Below, piece after piece: positions 1 through 13,724 of a DNA stretch of 64,000 nucleotides. How positions within the stretch are numbered: the first letter of the stretch is position 1; every line of letters begins with the position of its first letter. The notes beneath the pieces were generated by a model, which made no database searches, was not told the origin of the DNA, and worked only from the letters and a program-made list of their open reading frames with translations. The translations under genes were made by a program, and so were the position numbers. The stretch covers positions 106,144,001 through 106,208,000 of the forward strand of contig OX597821.1 of the NCBI GenBank assembly GCA_951406725.2, written 5' to 3'. The DNA comes from Octopus vulgaris (taxonomy: Eukaryota).

Positions 1-318
1 TCAGAAGCATCGACTTAAGCCTCTCCTAAAAAAAATTCTTGCGGTTATGCTTAAATTTAAAACCATTATTCTTGACTCATCTACAAAACATTTATTCCAA
101 TGCCATAGTTTGGTGACGCCTTACTTTAACCATCTCTGTTTCTCATCATCAATATTTGTACATACGCATATACATCTATAGATACAAACTCTCATACACA
201 TGCACACACGCATACATATATATGTATATATATTTATCTTCATGTATGATACATACATGCATGTGTGTGTACATATATATATATATATATATATACATAT
301 GATACATACATGTATGTG

Positions 319-371
<53 letters not shown>

Positions 372-373
<2 letters not shown>

Positions 374-603
374 TTACTCTCTTTACTCTCTTTTACTCTT
401 TTTCTTGTTTCAGTCATTTGACTGCGGCCATGCTGGAGCACCGCCTTTAATCGAGCAACTCGACCCCGGGACTTATTCTTTTGTAAGCCCAGTACTTATT
501 CTATTGGTCTTTTTTGCCGAACCGCTAAGTGACGGGGACGTAAACACACCAGCATCGGTTGTCAAGCAATGCTAGGGGAACAAACACAGACACACAAACA
601 CAC

Positions 604-668
<65 letters not shown>

Positions 669-818
669 TACGACAGGCTTCTTTCAGTTTCCGTCTACCA
701 AATCCACTCACAAGGCATTGGTCGGCCCGGGGTTATAGCAGACGATACTTGCCCAAGATGCCACGCAGTGGGACTGAACCCGGAACCATGTGGCTGGTAA
801 ACAAGCTACTTACCACAC
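372..818 (-). mobile_element. tRNA-headed SINE, family A (CORE-like centre, internal CA/TA microsatellite), 5' tip replaced by (CA)n
   Basis: Near-identical to copies at 2858-3266, 25132-25534 and 25976-26344. Minus strand has B-box-like GGTTCAGTCCC, the cttgggcaagt block and an (AAAAGAGT)-type tail. Confidence 0.85.
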
Positions 819-832
819 ACACACACACACAG

Positions 833-899
<67 letters not shown>

Positions 900-1399
900 T
901 ACACATATTCTCATGTATACATAAATATACATGTGTGTGTTTGTGAATAACTCATCGCATATGTACTCGCGTATGTATGCGCTTGTTTACGTGTGATCGT
1001 ATGAGTACGCATAAATTCGTTGGTGAACATCTGGAGAAAAAGTTAGCTGTTATATCACAGCTATCGTCTACCCTTTCTTCAAAACGAAGTAAGTTAATCC
1101 AGATAAAACAGAAACATAATAAACATCCATTTATAACAATAAACAATAAAATGAGAAGTCGTCAAGTTGACAAGAGGACCATTACATCCTTTGGGAATAA
1201 CCCATGACATACCGCATCATTTAATGTACAGAGCAGTCGCCGTGTGTTTGCCAACATATTGCAGTGAGAGGTGCGGTAGGAGTAGTGGTGGTGAATGCAA
1301 GTGTTTAAGAAAAAAATACGATTAATACTTCTTAAATTAAAGAATAAATTATAAGTTTTAGCTTTCCTTAAATATTCACATTTAATTTTAGCTAAACAC

Positions 1400-1807
1400 A
1401 CAAACACACATACAAACACTTATACACATACACATTCACGCACGTACACACACACATATATGCACACACACAAAGGCACACACAAACATTCATATATACA
1501 TAAATGTCAAAATAAGAATATGATGGTTAATCTATATATGCATATATATGAGAATATGTATGTGACTCACACATACACGCACGTACACACACATACATGC
1601 TCACACACACACACAAACATTCATATATGCATACGTATATACATGTCAAAATAATGATATGCTGGTTAATGTATGTATGCATATATATGAGAGAGTTTGT
1701 GTGTGTGTATATTTATAAACAAATGTACAATTGTATATATGTATTTATATATATGCATATATATATATACATACATATATGTATATATATATGGGTGTGT
1801 GTGTATG

Positions 1808-1841
<34 letters not shown>

Positions 1842-1956
1842 TGTATATACATATGTATATATATATATATCCTTACATATATATGCATATGTAAATATAT
1901 GCATATATGTATATATAACAAGACATATAGATGTGTGAGTATATATATACATATAT

Positions 1957-2030
<74 letters not shown>

Positions 2031-2040
2031 ATATATATAT
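1400..2040. repeat. Compound (CA)/(TA)/(TATG) microsatellite region
   Basis: Directly visible dinucleotide tracts; they generate the YI/HT-rich ORFs. Confidence 0.9.
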
Positions 2041-2460
2041 GAAATTACCTCATTTGTATTCTAACTAATTATATAACAGAAAGAATTGGTAAAGCGATAT
2101 ATATATTTTTTAATATCGTAAACACAGTCTCCCATACTTATGCATAATAAAATAATATCGCGGTTATCATTGATATTTGTATATATGAAGTAGTCAGCAG
2201 TCACCTGCGCATATAACATTTTCAGATCTTTAAGTAGTTTTCTTGCGAAGGGAAGTAAAATTGACGATAACAGTCATAATCACTATGTGTGTACATTGCT
2301 GTGTATGCGTTTATACGTGTCTGTATATATGTACGTATATATTAGGATATATGTATGTATAAGAATTTGTTTCAGGAAGTCATAGAAATGTTTGTTACTG
2401 TTCTTCCCTCTCTTTCTTTCTTAATATGCATACGAATGTTTTTACAAAATGTCTCTTTAT

Positions 2461-2500
<40 letters not shown>

Positions 2501-2725
2501 TTTGATACTTTGATAGGTTTCGGCCATTATTGGCCCAGGCCATGTCCAACTTAATAGCACCACCTGGTGCATATATATATATATGTTATCAATGAATAGG
2601 TCACGGTTTCAAATCGACGAAAATATTTTGACAAATTGAAGTGAATCTAACGGTCTTTCTGTGTTTTTAAATAGCTTATAAACACTTTCCACGTTGCATT
2701 TTTTTTTCAGCACAATATCTCAGAT

Positions 2726-2799
2726 CAAGTACATCTCCACAAGTACATCTCTACAAGTACATCTCCACAAGTACATCTCTACAAGTACATCTCCACAAG
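2726..2799. repeat. 14-bp tandem repeat CAAGTACATCTCYA x5, alternating C/T
   Basis: Units caagtacatctcca and caagtacatctcta alternate. Confidence 0.9.
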
Positions 2800-2857
2800 G
2801 CCAACTTGAAAATTTACAGTTCTATATTTAAGAGATGAGGAATTATATACATTACTA

Positions 2858-3266
2858 TTTTACTCTTTTACTTCTTTTAGTCATTTTAGTGCGGCCAAGC
2901 TGGAAGACCACCTTCAGTCGACCAAATCGACCCCAGGACTTATCTTTTGTAAGCCTAGTACTTATTCTAACGGTCTCTTTTGCCGAACCGCTAGGTTACG
3001 GGGACATAGACACACCAGCATCGGTTGTCAAGCGATGTTGGGAGGACAAACACAGACACACAAACACACACACTCACATATATATACATATACATATATA
3101 CGACGGGCTTCTTTCAGTTTCCCTCTACCAGATCCTCTCACAAGGCTTTGGTCGGCCCGAGGCTATATAATAGAAGACACTCGCCCAAGGTGTCACGCAG
3201 TGGGAGTGAACCCAGAACCATGTGGTTGGTAAGCAAGCTACTTACCACACAGTCACTCCTGCGCCT
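2858..3266 (-). mobile_element. SINE family A, full length
   Basis: Minus strand starts aggcgcaggagtgactgtgtggtaag (A-box-like); homologous to the other family A copies. Confidence 0.85.
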
Positions 3267-3268
3267 AT

Positions 3269-3447
3269 TATTATTTACATTATTTACATTTGACGGCTAT
3301 TTGTCCTCATCTTGTTTGAGGTCAACCCAGGCTTGAAATTTCCCCAAGGCACCTGACGAAGGCTGGAGGGTATATCAGCCGAAACGTTGTGTTAACAACA
3401 AACAAGATGAAGACAAATATCCGTGAAATATAAATAATGTAAATAAT
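3269..3447. mobile_element. Penelope-like inverted pseudo-LTR remnant
   Basis: About 50-bp inverted arms (3269-3318 vs 3399-3447) enclose a hammerhead motif; a related copy lies at 62655-62770. Confidence 0.65.
3348..3393 (+). ncRNA. Minimal type-I hammerhead ribozyme motif
   Basis: ggcac-CTGACGA-a-GGCTG..CAGCC-GAAAC-GTT^gtgtt. Stem III is the palindrome AACGTT (dimer type); stem I ggcac/gtgtt includes G.U pairs. Confidence 0.6.
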
Positions 3448-3484
3448 ATAAATAACGTAAGTAACTGAAATTTTGCATTAAATC

Positions 3485-4112
3485 TGGGAGGCCTACTGCA
3501 AAGACATTGAGATTTGGCAATGGGTCGCACGCAATGTTTTAAGTGGCACGGGTGCTTCAACTAGGAAGAATTCCGTGGAAGTCGATGAGTTATCTGGGAG
3601 ACGTGTTACTAGGTCACTCACGATAATATGGAGAAAAGTAACCAACTTGTGAATGAGAATCGTCGGAGTAAAATCACCGACGATATTGCAAATGATGTTG
3701 GTCTGTCGTATGGGTCTGTGCAGCCAATCCTAACGTTTGCAAAGAATTGGATGCTTCACGACGACAATACACTCTGTCACCTAGCTCTTCTCACTCCCGA
3801 GTTTCTCGCCAAAAACAACAAGGCATCGCTTCCGCAAAAGCCCTATTCACCGGATTTCGTACCTGAAGATTTATGTTTCTTCCCAAAGATGGAAATTCAG
3901 CTCAAAGGTCGGCGTTTTAAAACGGTTGTAGAGATCAAGAGCGACTCACAGAAGGTGAGAAAACGAATTCCAGGCTGGATTCCAAAAGTGGGACGAATGC
4001 CGGGATCGGAATATTGGCGCGCAAGGTGACTATTTCGAAGGAGATAATGTGAAAGGTAAATAAATTATAGTTTATTAAGCATAACTAGTCTGGGAACGTT
4101 TTGATACAAATT
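3485..4112 (+). mobile_element. Internally deleted mariner transposase relic
   Basis: ORF 3628-4029 has LHDDNTLCH..PYSPDFVPEDLCFFPKM..LKGRRF, matching mariner LHHDNAPAH/YSPDLAP motifs; degenerate HTH region upstream. Confidence 0.85.
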
Positions 4113-4481
4113 CTGAAGAGCGATCTAGTTTTGTTTTGTTTTTCTGAATTTAACAATGTGTAACGTTTATTTATTAACACACTGTATATTACAACGTTTA
4201 TCTGTTACTTGTCTCACTCATTAGGCTGCGGCCATGATGGGGCAAGGCCTTAAAGGATTTATTCGAACAAATTGATTGAAGTATATATATTTTTTAAAGT
4301 CTAATAGTTATTCTGTCATAATCTTTTCCAAATCTCAAAGTTACGGGACGCAAACAAAACAATACCGGCTGGCAAGTAGTGGCATGTGTCAAATACCAAA
4401 ATACAGATCATATATATATATATATATACACATACACACAGACACGTACACACGCGCACGCCTGTGCGTTTATGTATGTCC

Positions 4482-4564
<83 letters not shown>

Positions 4565-4566
4565 GC

Positions 4567-4655
<89 letters not shown>

Positions 4656-4719
4656 ATAAATATTTTTGTCGTATATTATCGACTGCTATTTCCAGTAAAT
4701 ATTAGTGCATTCTTGTATC

Positions 4720-5560
4720 ACTATTACACATTCTGCAAAGAAAATCTTTTGACATCATTGTGTTCCTATTAAATTAGCATTTTTAAGAATTCAGTGTTTG
4801 AAAACAACATCCATCATGTGGTGTCCGTTTCTATTCATGCATTTCTGAAGGCGTTCTTTGAAGTTGGCTTCCACTCTCTCCAGGATTGCTCTGTCGATAT
4901 GGGCGACTTTCCCGCGAATTGCTTCCTTCAAATAGTTCAGTGTATGGGGCTTATGTGCATACACACGTGCCTTCAGGTTTCGTCACACGAAATAATCATA
5001 CATGGACAAATCAGGGGACGGAGTGGGCCAAGGAATGTCAGAAAGTCTGGAAATCAGGTGGTCACCAAAGAGAAGGCGAAGAACGTCCATTGATGCTCTG
5101 GTGGTGTGTGCCGTCGCTCCATCCTGCTGAAACCACATACGTGAAAGAGGCGTACATGTTAATTGTAATTCAGACAGAAAGAAGTCATTTATCATCTCGC
5201 TGTACCGCTCGGAGTCCACTGTAACAGAAATTCCATTATTGTCTTCAAAATGTAAGGACCAATAACAGCCGCTTCTGCAGCAGTAGATCAGACCCTCACT
5301 TAGGGCTGTGCAGTGGTCATTCGTGTATTTCTCTCGGATATTCACGAGCCCAATAACGATAGTTTTGTTATTTCGCCATGCCATTGAGATGAAAATGAGC
5401 TTCATCACTCATTAACAAAAACGAGGTTGTCATTTGCCTCAAAAACCACTTCCATCTGACGTGCGAAATTAAGCTGCTCTGCATAGTCTCATGGTTTTAA
5501 CTGTTGCCCAATGACCAATTTGTACGGGTGGAAATGCAGATCTTCATGCAAAATGCACTT
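4720..5560 (-). mobile_element. Tc1/mariner-superfamily (maT/DD37D-like) transposase relic
   Basis: ORF 4983-5408 has WFQQDGATAHT..WPTPSPDLSMYDYF; frameshifted. Confidence 0.85.
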
Positions 5561-6072
5561 TCCCGATGATTACATATTGCATTATGTATGCTGTGCTTGT
5601 AATGCTATACGCAAAAATTTATGTAAATCCCAAACTTTCATTTCGTTATTCTAATTTAGGTCCTCATAATGCATTCAAGCGGTCATTTATTATCTCGAAT
5701 TGTTTACCAAAATGTACTTAATTGCGTTAAATTACAATATATATTTCACTACGATCTTTTATATTTTAGAAACAATAAACAAAGGCATTTGCCATATAGA
5801 AAAGAATACATTGAATAGCTGTATCGCGATTTTAGTGTAACAATTGTAGTTTCCATGTTCGAATTTTGTTGATGGCAACATACTTTTTAAGGCTTCCGTA
5901 AAAATAAACTATGCTATCTTCGGAAAATTGGATTAATTTTTCTATAAAAAAAAAGAAAAGAAAAAAGAAACCGAAAACAATTTAAAACTACGCGTACATC
6001 ATCTTAAATGGCTATATTCAAAGAACCAGAATTAATAGTTTTCAACAATAATTATCATCGTTGTTGTCGTAA

Positions 6073-6133
6073 ACATCATCATCATCATCACCCCCACCAC
6101 CACCACCACCACCACCACAACAACAACAACAAC

Positions 6134-6165
<32 letters not shown>

Positions 6166-6167
6166 CT

Positions 6168-6206
<39 letters not shown>
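6073..6206. repeat. (CAT)/(CAC)/(CAA) trinucleotide microsatellite
   Basis: Directly visible; source of the poly-His and poly-Met ORFs. Confidence 0.9.
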
Positions 6207-6898
6207 GTTATCGTCATTTTATGAACAAATCCGAATATAAAAGGAGATAGAGATGTACGTATATGTATAATTTGACATTTACTGCACTGGGCAGAAATCA
6301 TATCGCGTCGTCATCATTATCATCATCATCATCATCAAAGTTATCATCACCACCATCATCAGCAGCGGTAGTTGAATTACGAGTAGTGTTTGAAACAGCA
6401 GCAGCAGTAACAGCCACGGCATTCATATAGTTATAGCAAACAACATAGTTTGATGTGTTTTTCTTACGTTCCATCACCTTCTGCGAGAGTATTTTGCGTT
6501 AATATTCTTCTCTAATGTCTCAAAATTGTGGTTGCAAATTTTGGTACAAGGAAGAAGTGGAAAAGCCGGAGAAGAGAGGAAGCGGGACAGACAGACAGAA
6601 TAAAAGTCCCAAATGCCAGGAAAATGGTGACGGTAAATATGTAATACTGGTTCCAAATTTTGGTACATGGTCAGTAATTTCGTGAGATGGGGATAAGTTG
6701 ATTACATTGCCCCCCGAGTTCAACTGGTATCTATTATTTTATCGACACCAAAAGACAAGGCAGGGCTCGGTTGCATTTGTACCGAATACGTGAAGACGCA
6801 CAATATGCCGCGTAGCATTTTCGCGGCGTGGTAACGATTTTTCCAAGCCCACAGCTTTGCAAATTTCATAAATATTATTTTCTACTTCAGGCACTGTC

Positions 6899-7225
6899 GA
6901 GGCGCAATGGCCCAGTGGTTAGGGCAGCGGATTCGCGGGTGTAGGATCGCGGTTTCGATTCCCAGACAAGTGTTTATTGAGCGTAAATACCTAAAGATCC
7001 ACAAGCCCCCAGCAGGGGTTGGTGACGAACCCTGCTGTACTCTCACCACAACTTTCTCTCACTCTACTTGTTTCTGTTGTACCTGAATTTTAAAGAGCCA
7101 GCCTTGTCCCACTAAATCTCCCCAAGAACTACGTTGTGGAGAACAACTGTCTGTGGAGTGCTCAGCCACTTGCACGTTAATTTCACAAGCAGGCTGTTTC
7201 GTTGATCGTAACCGATGGAGTCCCA
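6899..7225 (+). mobile_element. tRNA-headed SINE family C
   Basis: Head gaggcgcaatggcccagtggttaggg..ggtttcgattccc has A/B boxes; homologous to 14633-14790 and 61857-62190. Confidence 0.8.
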
Positions 7226-7231
7226 ACAACA

Positions 7232-8290
7232 ACTCTAGGTACTAGGCCCGAAATTTTGGGGGAGGGGGCCATTCGATTAGATCGACTCCAGTACGCAACT
7301 GGTAATTACTTTGTCAACGATGAAAGGCAAAGTTGACCTCGACGGAATTTGAATTCAGAATGTAAAGACAGACAAAATACCTATTTCTTTACTGCCCACA
7401 AGGGGCTACACATAGAAGAGACAAACAAGGACAGACAAACGGATTAAGTCGATTATATCGACCCTAGTGCGTAACTGGTACTTTTTTAATCGACTCCGAA
7501 AGAATGAAGGGCAAAGTCGACCTCGTTGGAATTTGAACTCAGAACGTAGCGGCAGACAAAATACCGCTAAGCATTTCGTCTGCCGTGTTAACGATTCTGT
7601 CAGCTCGCTGCCTGAACGTTCTAAGTTCAAATTCCGCCGAGGTCGGCTTTGCCTTTCATCCTTTCGAGGTCGATTAAATAAGTACCAGTTACGCAATGGG
7701 GTCGATATAATCGACTTAATCTGTTTGTTTGTCCTTGTTTGTCTTCTTCTTTGTGTTTAGCCCCTTGTGGGTAGTAACGAAATAGATATTTCTTGTGCCA
7801 CTACGTTCTGAGTTCAAATTCTGCCGAGGTCAACTTTGCCTTTCATTCTTTCGGGGTCGATAAAGTAATTACCAGTTGCGTACTGGGGTCGATCTAATCG
7901 ACTGGTCCCCTCCGCAAAGAATTCGGGCCTTGTGCCTAGAGAAGAAAAGATTATACATCTGGCAGAATCTTTAGCATGCCGGGCGAAATGCTTAGCCGTA
8001 TTTCGTTTCTCTTTACGTTATCAGTTCAAATTGCCTTTCATCCTTTCAGCGTCGATAGATTAAATACCAGTTGCATACTGGGGTCGATCTAATCGACTGG
8101 CTCCTCCCCTAAATTTTCGGGCCTTGTGCTAGAGTAGAAAAGTATGTTCTGAGTTCAAATTCCGCTGAGGCCGAGTTTGCCTTTCATCCTTTTCGGGTCG
8201 ATTAATTAAGTACCTGTTGCATACTGGGGTCGATCCAATCAAATGGCCCGCTCCTAATAAATTTCGTGTCTTGTACCTAGAGTAGAAAAG
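7232..8290. mobile_element. Cluster of SINE family B units: two on minus (7232-7612), several on plus (7616-8290)
   Basis: Repeated gagttcaaattccgccgaggtcgactttgcctttcatcctttcggggtcgat..aagtaccag core (resembles the Meta-type SINE central domain). Confidence 0.85.
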
Positions 8291-10165
8291 TATTATAAAT
8301 AGATATTTATCCAGGTAAGTAAAACAAGTACAACCATTGACAAAATCCTCCGCCCTATATAGACACAATCGCAAGTAGCTGATTTTCATTTTGTGACACA
8401 AAAAAGATAGACTTAGAGTATAACTACATTGAACAGGCATGTACTATGATTAGATAAAGTTTGCATAAACCCCAAATAAATGATCAACAAAGTACATAAT
8501 AGCATTCTGGTACATAACCCGCTTCAGGGGAAGAAAAGCGACACATAAGTGCAACTGTGTAAAATGTACAGCTACTTTATTTGTAAATGTAATATACAGA
8601 ATTGGAAAGTGTAAATTGCTGATGATTGGTACAGGAGGCAGCGTTGGTCGCAGATGCATAAAGACTCTCACATGAAAATAGTACATAAAAAGACATTGAC
8701 TGCTGCTCCAGATTATACATTCGTCACACCGAATATGTCCGGGACAAAAAGTGAATTAAAGTAATTGACTTCAACTTAGAATTAACTGTGCTGAGCTGGA
8801 TAAGGAATAGGCATTCAGTAAAGGACAGACATGCATATTCGCGTACACAGTTGTTTATAATGGAGAGGACAGATAATGTAAATAGTTTCACTGGGGCTTT
8901 TAACCGATCGGGCAATCCAAAGCTTCACATACAGTCGATGTATCTAGGCGGCTGCTATTACGTTTTTCTTTCAGAAACTGGATCGCGTCAGTGTATAGCG
9001 GCATCTGCTTCATGTGCATAGAAAATGATACCCGCCGTAACCGTTTTAATGTCGGTTTGGATTCGTAAAAAATGTCTTCTCATATCTTAGTACTTACTAC
9101 GGATACAGCGCTGCTAACACAATAGATATTGACTGGCTTCCTCTCCTAAAATTTCGGGCCTTGTGCCTACTAGAGTAGAAAAGATTATAAGCAAATATAT
9201 TCTACAAAAATATTCTTATTATTTACACAGAGCTATGCGTTTGCGGAAGTATTTCGGTTTTACGATGAAGATTATTGTTCTCTGTGAAGGTACTACTACT
9301 ACTAGAATATAACCATTAGTGCCTCTTGTACTTACTAATAATCAGAAAATATTATTAGTCAATTATTCATTTTGTTATTCCCGAAATATTTACGCTTAAT
9401 TCGTCCATTTCTGAATAATTTTAACGAATATGATTTTAAGGTCAAACATATAAACAACAGGTTTACTTTCTTAAAAGACTAGAAATGTTTAAGGCAAGCA
9501 TCGATCTCACATACAAGCAATTAGGAAAACACTATCGTAGTAACGGTGTGCGTTACTAGATTGAAGCAACACAGCTATTGTGAAGGGACGATACTCTATA
9601 CGATTGTATAGATTTCACGGGGGATAACTCGTATATAATTTTAGCTTGGAGATTATAAAGAGAAAGTGGAACAATAACGCCACTCAAAAGAAAAAAAAAA
9701 AAAAAGAAAAAAAGCTGAATAAGAATCGTAATGTACAATAGAGCTTCTTTTAGCACCAAATCCATTATGTTTTCTATGTATATAACTTTATGTTGTCGAT
9801 AATTCTTACTATAGCATTGGTAACGTCTTAAAGAATTTTAACTATTTATGCTGTGTGTGTGTATGTGTGTGTTTGTCTGTGTTTGTGTGCGTATACGTGT
9901 ATCTAAGGAAAGTGATAAGCGGTTTAAAAACCTGTGTATGTGTGTATGTGAGTGTCTGTGTGTGTGAGTGTGATTGTGTGTGTGTGTGTGTGTGTGAGTT
10001 GCATGTATCTAAGGAAAGTGATAAGCAGTTTAAAGACATAGTGCATGAAATCTTTACCTTGGCACCACTACTCAACAATGGTATGCATTTCTAAGACGAA
10101 GATTGAAAATATATGAATTTTTACAAGTAACAACTTTTAGCGATAAAGTACAAAATTCTAAACAC

Positions 10166-10197
<32 letters not shown>

Positions 10198-10312
10198 TCT
10201 CACACTCACTCTCTTTCTCTGTCTCACACACACCTATAATATATATGTGTGTGTGTATGTGTGTGTGAGTATGTGTGTGTGTGAGTGTATAAGTATGTGT
10301 GTGTGAGTGTGT

Positions 10313-10358
<46 letters not shown>

Positions 10359-10531
10359 GTACATAGATATTTAGTTGAAACTTTCGGCAGCATATTTTAT
10401 AGCGTTTTATTTGTCTGACGAAATTCCTAAAAACTTTTTATCGTCTGCGTGTGTATGTGTGAGTGCGACAAGCGAGAGCGGAGTGAGAGAGAGACAGAGA
10501 CAGACAGACATACATACAGACAGACAGACAA

Positions 10532-10566
<35 letters not shown>

Positions 10567-10730
10567 TTGTGTCTATATGAATGCATTTATGCTTACACAT
10601 ACATATATAAACACTCACACATGTATGTATATACGCGTTTATAATTTATAAGTTGATACACATGTGTACAAATATACATACATAGCCACACATGTGTGCA
10701 TGCATATTTGTGTGATATATAAGCAAGTGT

Positions 10731-10950
10731 AGGCGCATAGCTCAGTGGTTAAAGCGTCGGGCTTACAATGATGAGATTCTGAGTTCGATTCCCAAACCGG
10801 GCTATGTGTTTTCGTCTTGAGCAAGACACTTTATGTCACGTTGCTCCAGTTCACTCAGCTGTAGCAATGAGTTGCGATGTTACTAATGCCAAGATATACC
10901 TGTCTTTGCTTTTCCCTTGAATAACATGTGGCGAGGAGAGGAGATGCGCA
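10731..10950 (+). mobile_element. tRNA-headed CORE-like SINE family D
   Basis: tagctcagtggtt (A box), gagttcgattccc (B box), then cttgagcaagacacttt..ttgctccagt; degenerate relatives near 43020-43135 and 50520-50700. Confidence 0.75.
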
Positions 10951-10987
10951 CACATGCACAGGCTGTTATTATTAATATTATTATTAT

Positions 10988-11456
10988 TGAGAGAGAGAGC
11001 AGTGCATGCCATGAAAGTGGCACTGGGGTAAAATATACGAAGTCCAGTACACCTATCATGACTACCCATCTGATAAGAGTACACTAGGCACATGCAGCAC
11101 AGCCATATGTGCGCAACATGGTGATCTCATATCAAGACAAACAGAGCATGACCTTGCAGGTGGGGCCCAGTTAGAATTTTCTTCTGATCAAGTAGCCCAT
11201 CTTGCTCAAGAGGTCCCTGAATAAGGATTGTTTAAGGATGTTGAACGAACTACCCATGTTTCCAAAGGTGAATTATCCAGACCTCCAAGAATTCCTTTCA
11301 ACACACAGCTATGATGCTCCTCCACTACTTCTGCTCGTGATCAGAGATGCACATATCGTCAGCTAATAAGGGACATGCTCAACTGGATATGGTCAAACAA
11401 CTAACAAGCAAATCTGTGGTATTGAGCAGAATATTTGTTGTAGCCCATCTATTTTA

Positions 11457-11457
<1 letters not shown>
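10988..11457 (-). mobile_element. LINE 3' UTR fragment (family E) embedded in (TAA)n, probably R4/Dong-like
   Basis: Homologous to 32420-32880 and 32958-33503; flanked on both sides by (TTA)n. Confidence 0.7.
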
Positions 11458-11523
<66 letters not shown>

Positions 11524-11552
11524 CATTATTATTATTATTACTATTATTATTA

Positions 11553-11613
<61 letters not shown>
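11458..11613. repeat. (TAT)n microsatellite
   Basis: Directly visible. Confidence 0.95.
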
Positions 11614-11614
<1 letters not shown>

Positions 11615-12496
11615 TTCTCTTTATCGCAGGTTTCTATGTGCAACCCCGTGGTTATTCATGACTGCAGGGTGTCCTTATATATACGACGGGCTTCTTTCAG
11701 TTTCCGTCTGCCAAACAACTCACAAGGCTTTGACTGTCCCATGGCTATACTAGAAGATACGTACCCTAGATACCATGGAGTTGGATTAAAATGGAACCGT
11801 GTGGTTGCGAAATACGCACACACACACACACACACACACACCCTCACACACAAACACATATACATATGTGCATTGCATCAATAAAGTGTTTGTCGACAAT
11901 TTTTTTACATGCAATTATAGACATAAAACACGCGCACACACGCAAACACACATATGTTTGTGTGTGTATGCGTGTGTTTCTGTGTGTTTTTATAAATGCA
12001 TATAAACGAATTGTCAATACACACATATTTCCTGTTAATAAACTTATAATCAGCCCAGCTTTTAATAACTAATTATTAAGGAAGGTTTTAAAGGTAGAAT
12101 CGATGCAAAAGAAAATGAAAAAAAAAAATTATAAATACCAGGATCTGGCCAGAGAACTCAGCAGAATGCGAAACACTAAGCCAACAACTATTCCTCTCGT
12201 AATTAATTAGTCCGCTTGGCAGAACGCCCAAAATTCTGCTTAAAAGACTCAAATGAATTGGGTTTTGAAACATGCATTGTCGACGTGCAGAAAAGTAAGA
12301 ATTCCGAGGCAGATTGTTGAGATTTTGACGGAGACTCGCTGTCGCCAGATATCAAGATAAAATACCCGCTAAATTAGAATGCACTAGCGAAATAATAATA
12401 ACGACAACAAAAACAACAACAGCAATATCCAAACAGATCAGGTGGTAGAGCATAATAGACCGGAACTGGTGCACAATATATGTTGTTGTTGTTTGT

Positions 12497-12790
12497 TTCT
12501 TTTCGAGCCATGCCTGGCTCTTAAGGGCCGGTTTTCCAGTTTCCTTGGCGTATAGGTTCCCCACCTGGACGGGACGCCGGTCCGTCGCAGGTGAGCTGCA
12601 AGATGCAGGAGGAAAGAGTGAGAGAAAGTTGTGGCGAAAGAGTCAGCAGAAGTTCGCCATTAACTTCTACCGGAGCCTCGTGGAGCTTAGGTGTTTCGCT
12701 CATAAACACACACATCGCCCAGTCTGAGATTCGAACCCGCGATCCCTCGACCGCGAGTTCGCTGCTCTAACCACTAGGCGATGTGCCTCA
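12497..12790 (-). mobile_element. SINE family C variant with (AAC)n tail
   Basis: Minus strand gaggcacatcgcctagtggttagagcagcg..gggttcgaatctc; homologous to 21348-21605. Confidence 0.8.
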
Positions 12791-12808
12791 ACAACATATA
12801 TATGCTAT

Positions 12809-13160
12809 ATAGTTGACGTTGTATGTCCCTCCGACCCACGAAGAGTCAAGTAGGAAGGCGAAAAGAAAGATAGATACACTCGTCTTCAGTACGAAATAGT
12901 TTGGCTATAGAAAATTAATCAGGTGAAGATGTGCCAATTATTGTTGGGTCCTTGGGAACAGTATCAGAAGGCATCACGAGGAATATAAAGGAAATTGGAA
13001 TAGAGTGCCTAGAAGAACTGTTACAAAAGGTTTGCCTCCTTGGAAAGTATTAGATAGCTGAAAAGAACGGATAACATGGCACCGTAGGCTGCAGGTAGTA
13101 AGAGCGCTACGCATGCAATGCTCCAGGAGCTCCAGCAAAACCTGTGATAAAGTGATATAA
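12809..13160 (+). mobile_element. R4/Dong-like LINE 3' end: degenerate restriction-like endonuclease C-terminus, 3' UTR and (TAA)n tail
   Basis: Hand translation gives IVDVVCPSDPRRVK*EGEKKDRY..VPIIVGSLGTV..LLQKVCLLG, typical of the REL domain of R4-clade LINEs; followed by (TAA)n. Confidence 0.75.
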
Positions 13161-13174
13161 TAATAATAATGATG

Positions 13175-13248
<74 letters not shown>

Positions 13249-13299
13249 CCAGAACGCCTGAAATATCAGGGGAGGGCACTAGTCTATAACATCGACATA

Positions 13300-13656
13300 T
13301 TTTATCGACCCCGAAAGAAAGGATGGTGAAGCTGAAACCGGTGACATTTGAACTCAGGACGTAACGACGTGCAAAATACTGCTAAGCATTTCATCCAGCA
13401 TGCTAACGATTCCGCCAGCTCGCCGCCTTGAATAATAATAATAGTAATAATCCTTTTGTACTATGCGCAGAAAGCCCGAAATATGGTCGGAGGGGATTAG
13501 TCGATTACATCGACCTCGGTGCACAACTGGTACTTATTCCATCCACCACAAAAGAATGAAAGGCAAAGTCCGACCTTTGCAGAGTTTGAACCCAAGGCGG
13601 GCGAAATGCCGCTTAGTATTTCGCCCGGCTAACGTTTCTGCTTGCTTGCCACATTG

Positions 13657-13724
<68 letters not shown>

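Noticed and set aside
121-2042. Many YI/HT/VC-rich ORFs here and throughout the window
   Set aside because: They are translations of (TA)n, (CA)n and (TATG)n microsatellites, which lack stop codons.
2505-2540. Minus-strand ggcca-ataa-tggcc-GAAAC hairpin
   Set aside because: No CUGANGA upstream; at most a fragment.
6008-6301. Poly-His / poly-Met ORFs resembling His-rich structural proteins
   Set aside because: Pure (CAT/CAC/CAA)n microsatellite with no signal peptide or splice context.
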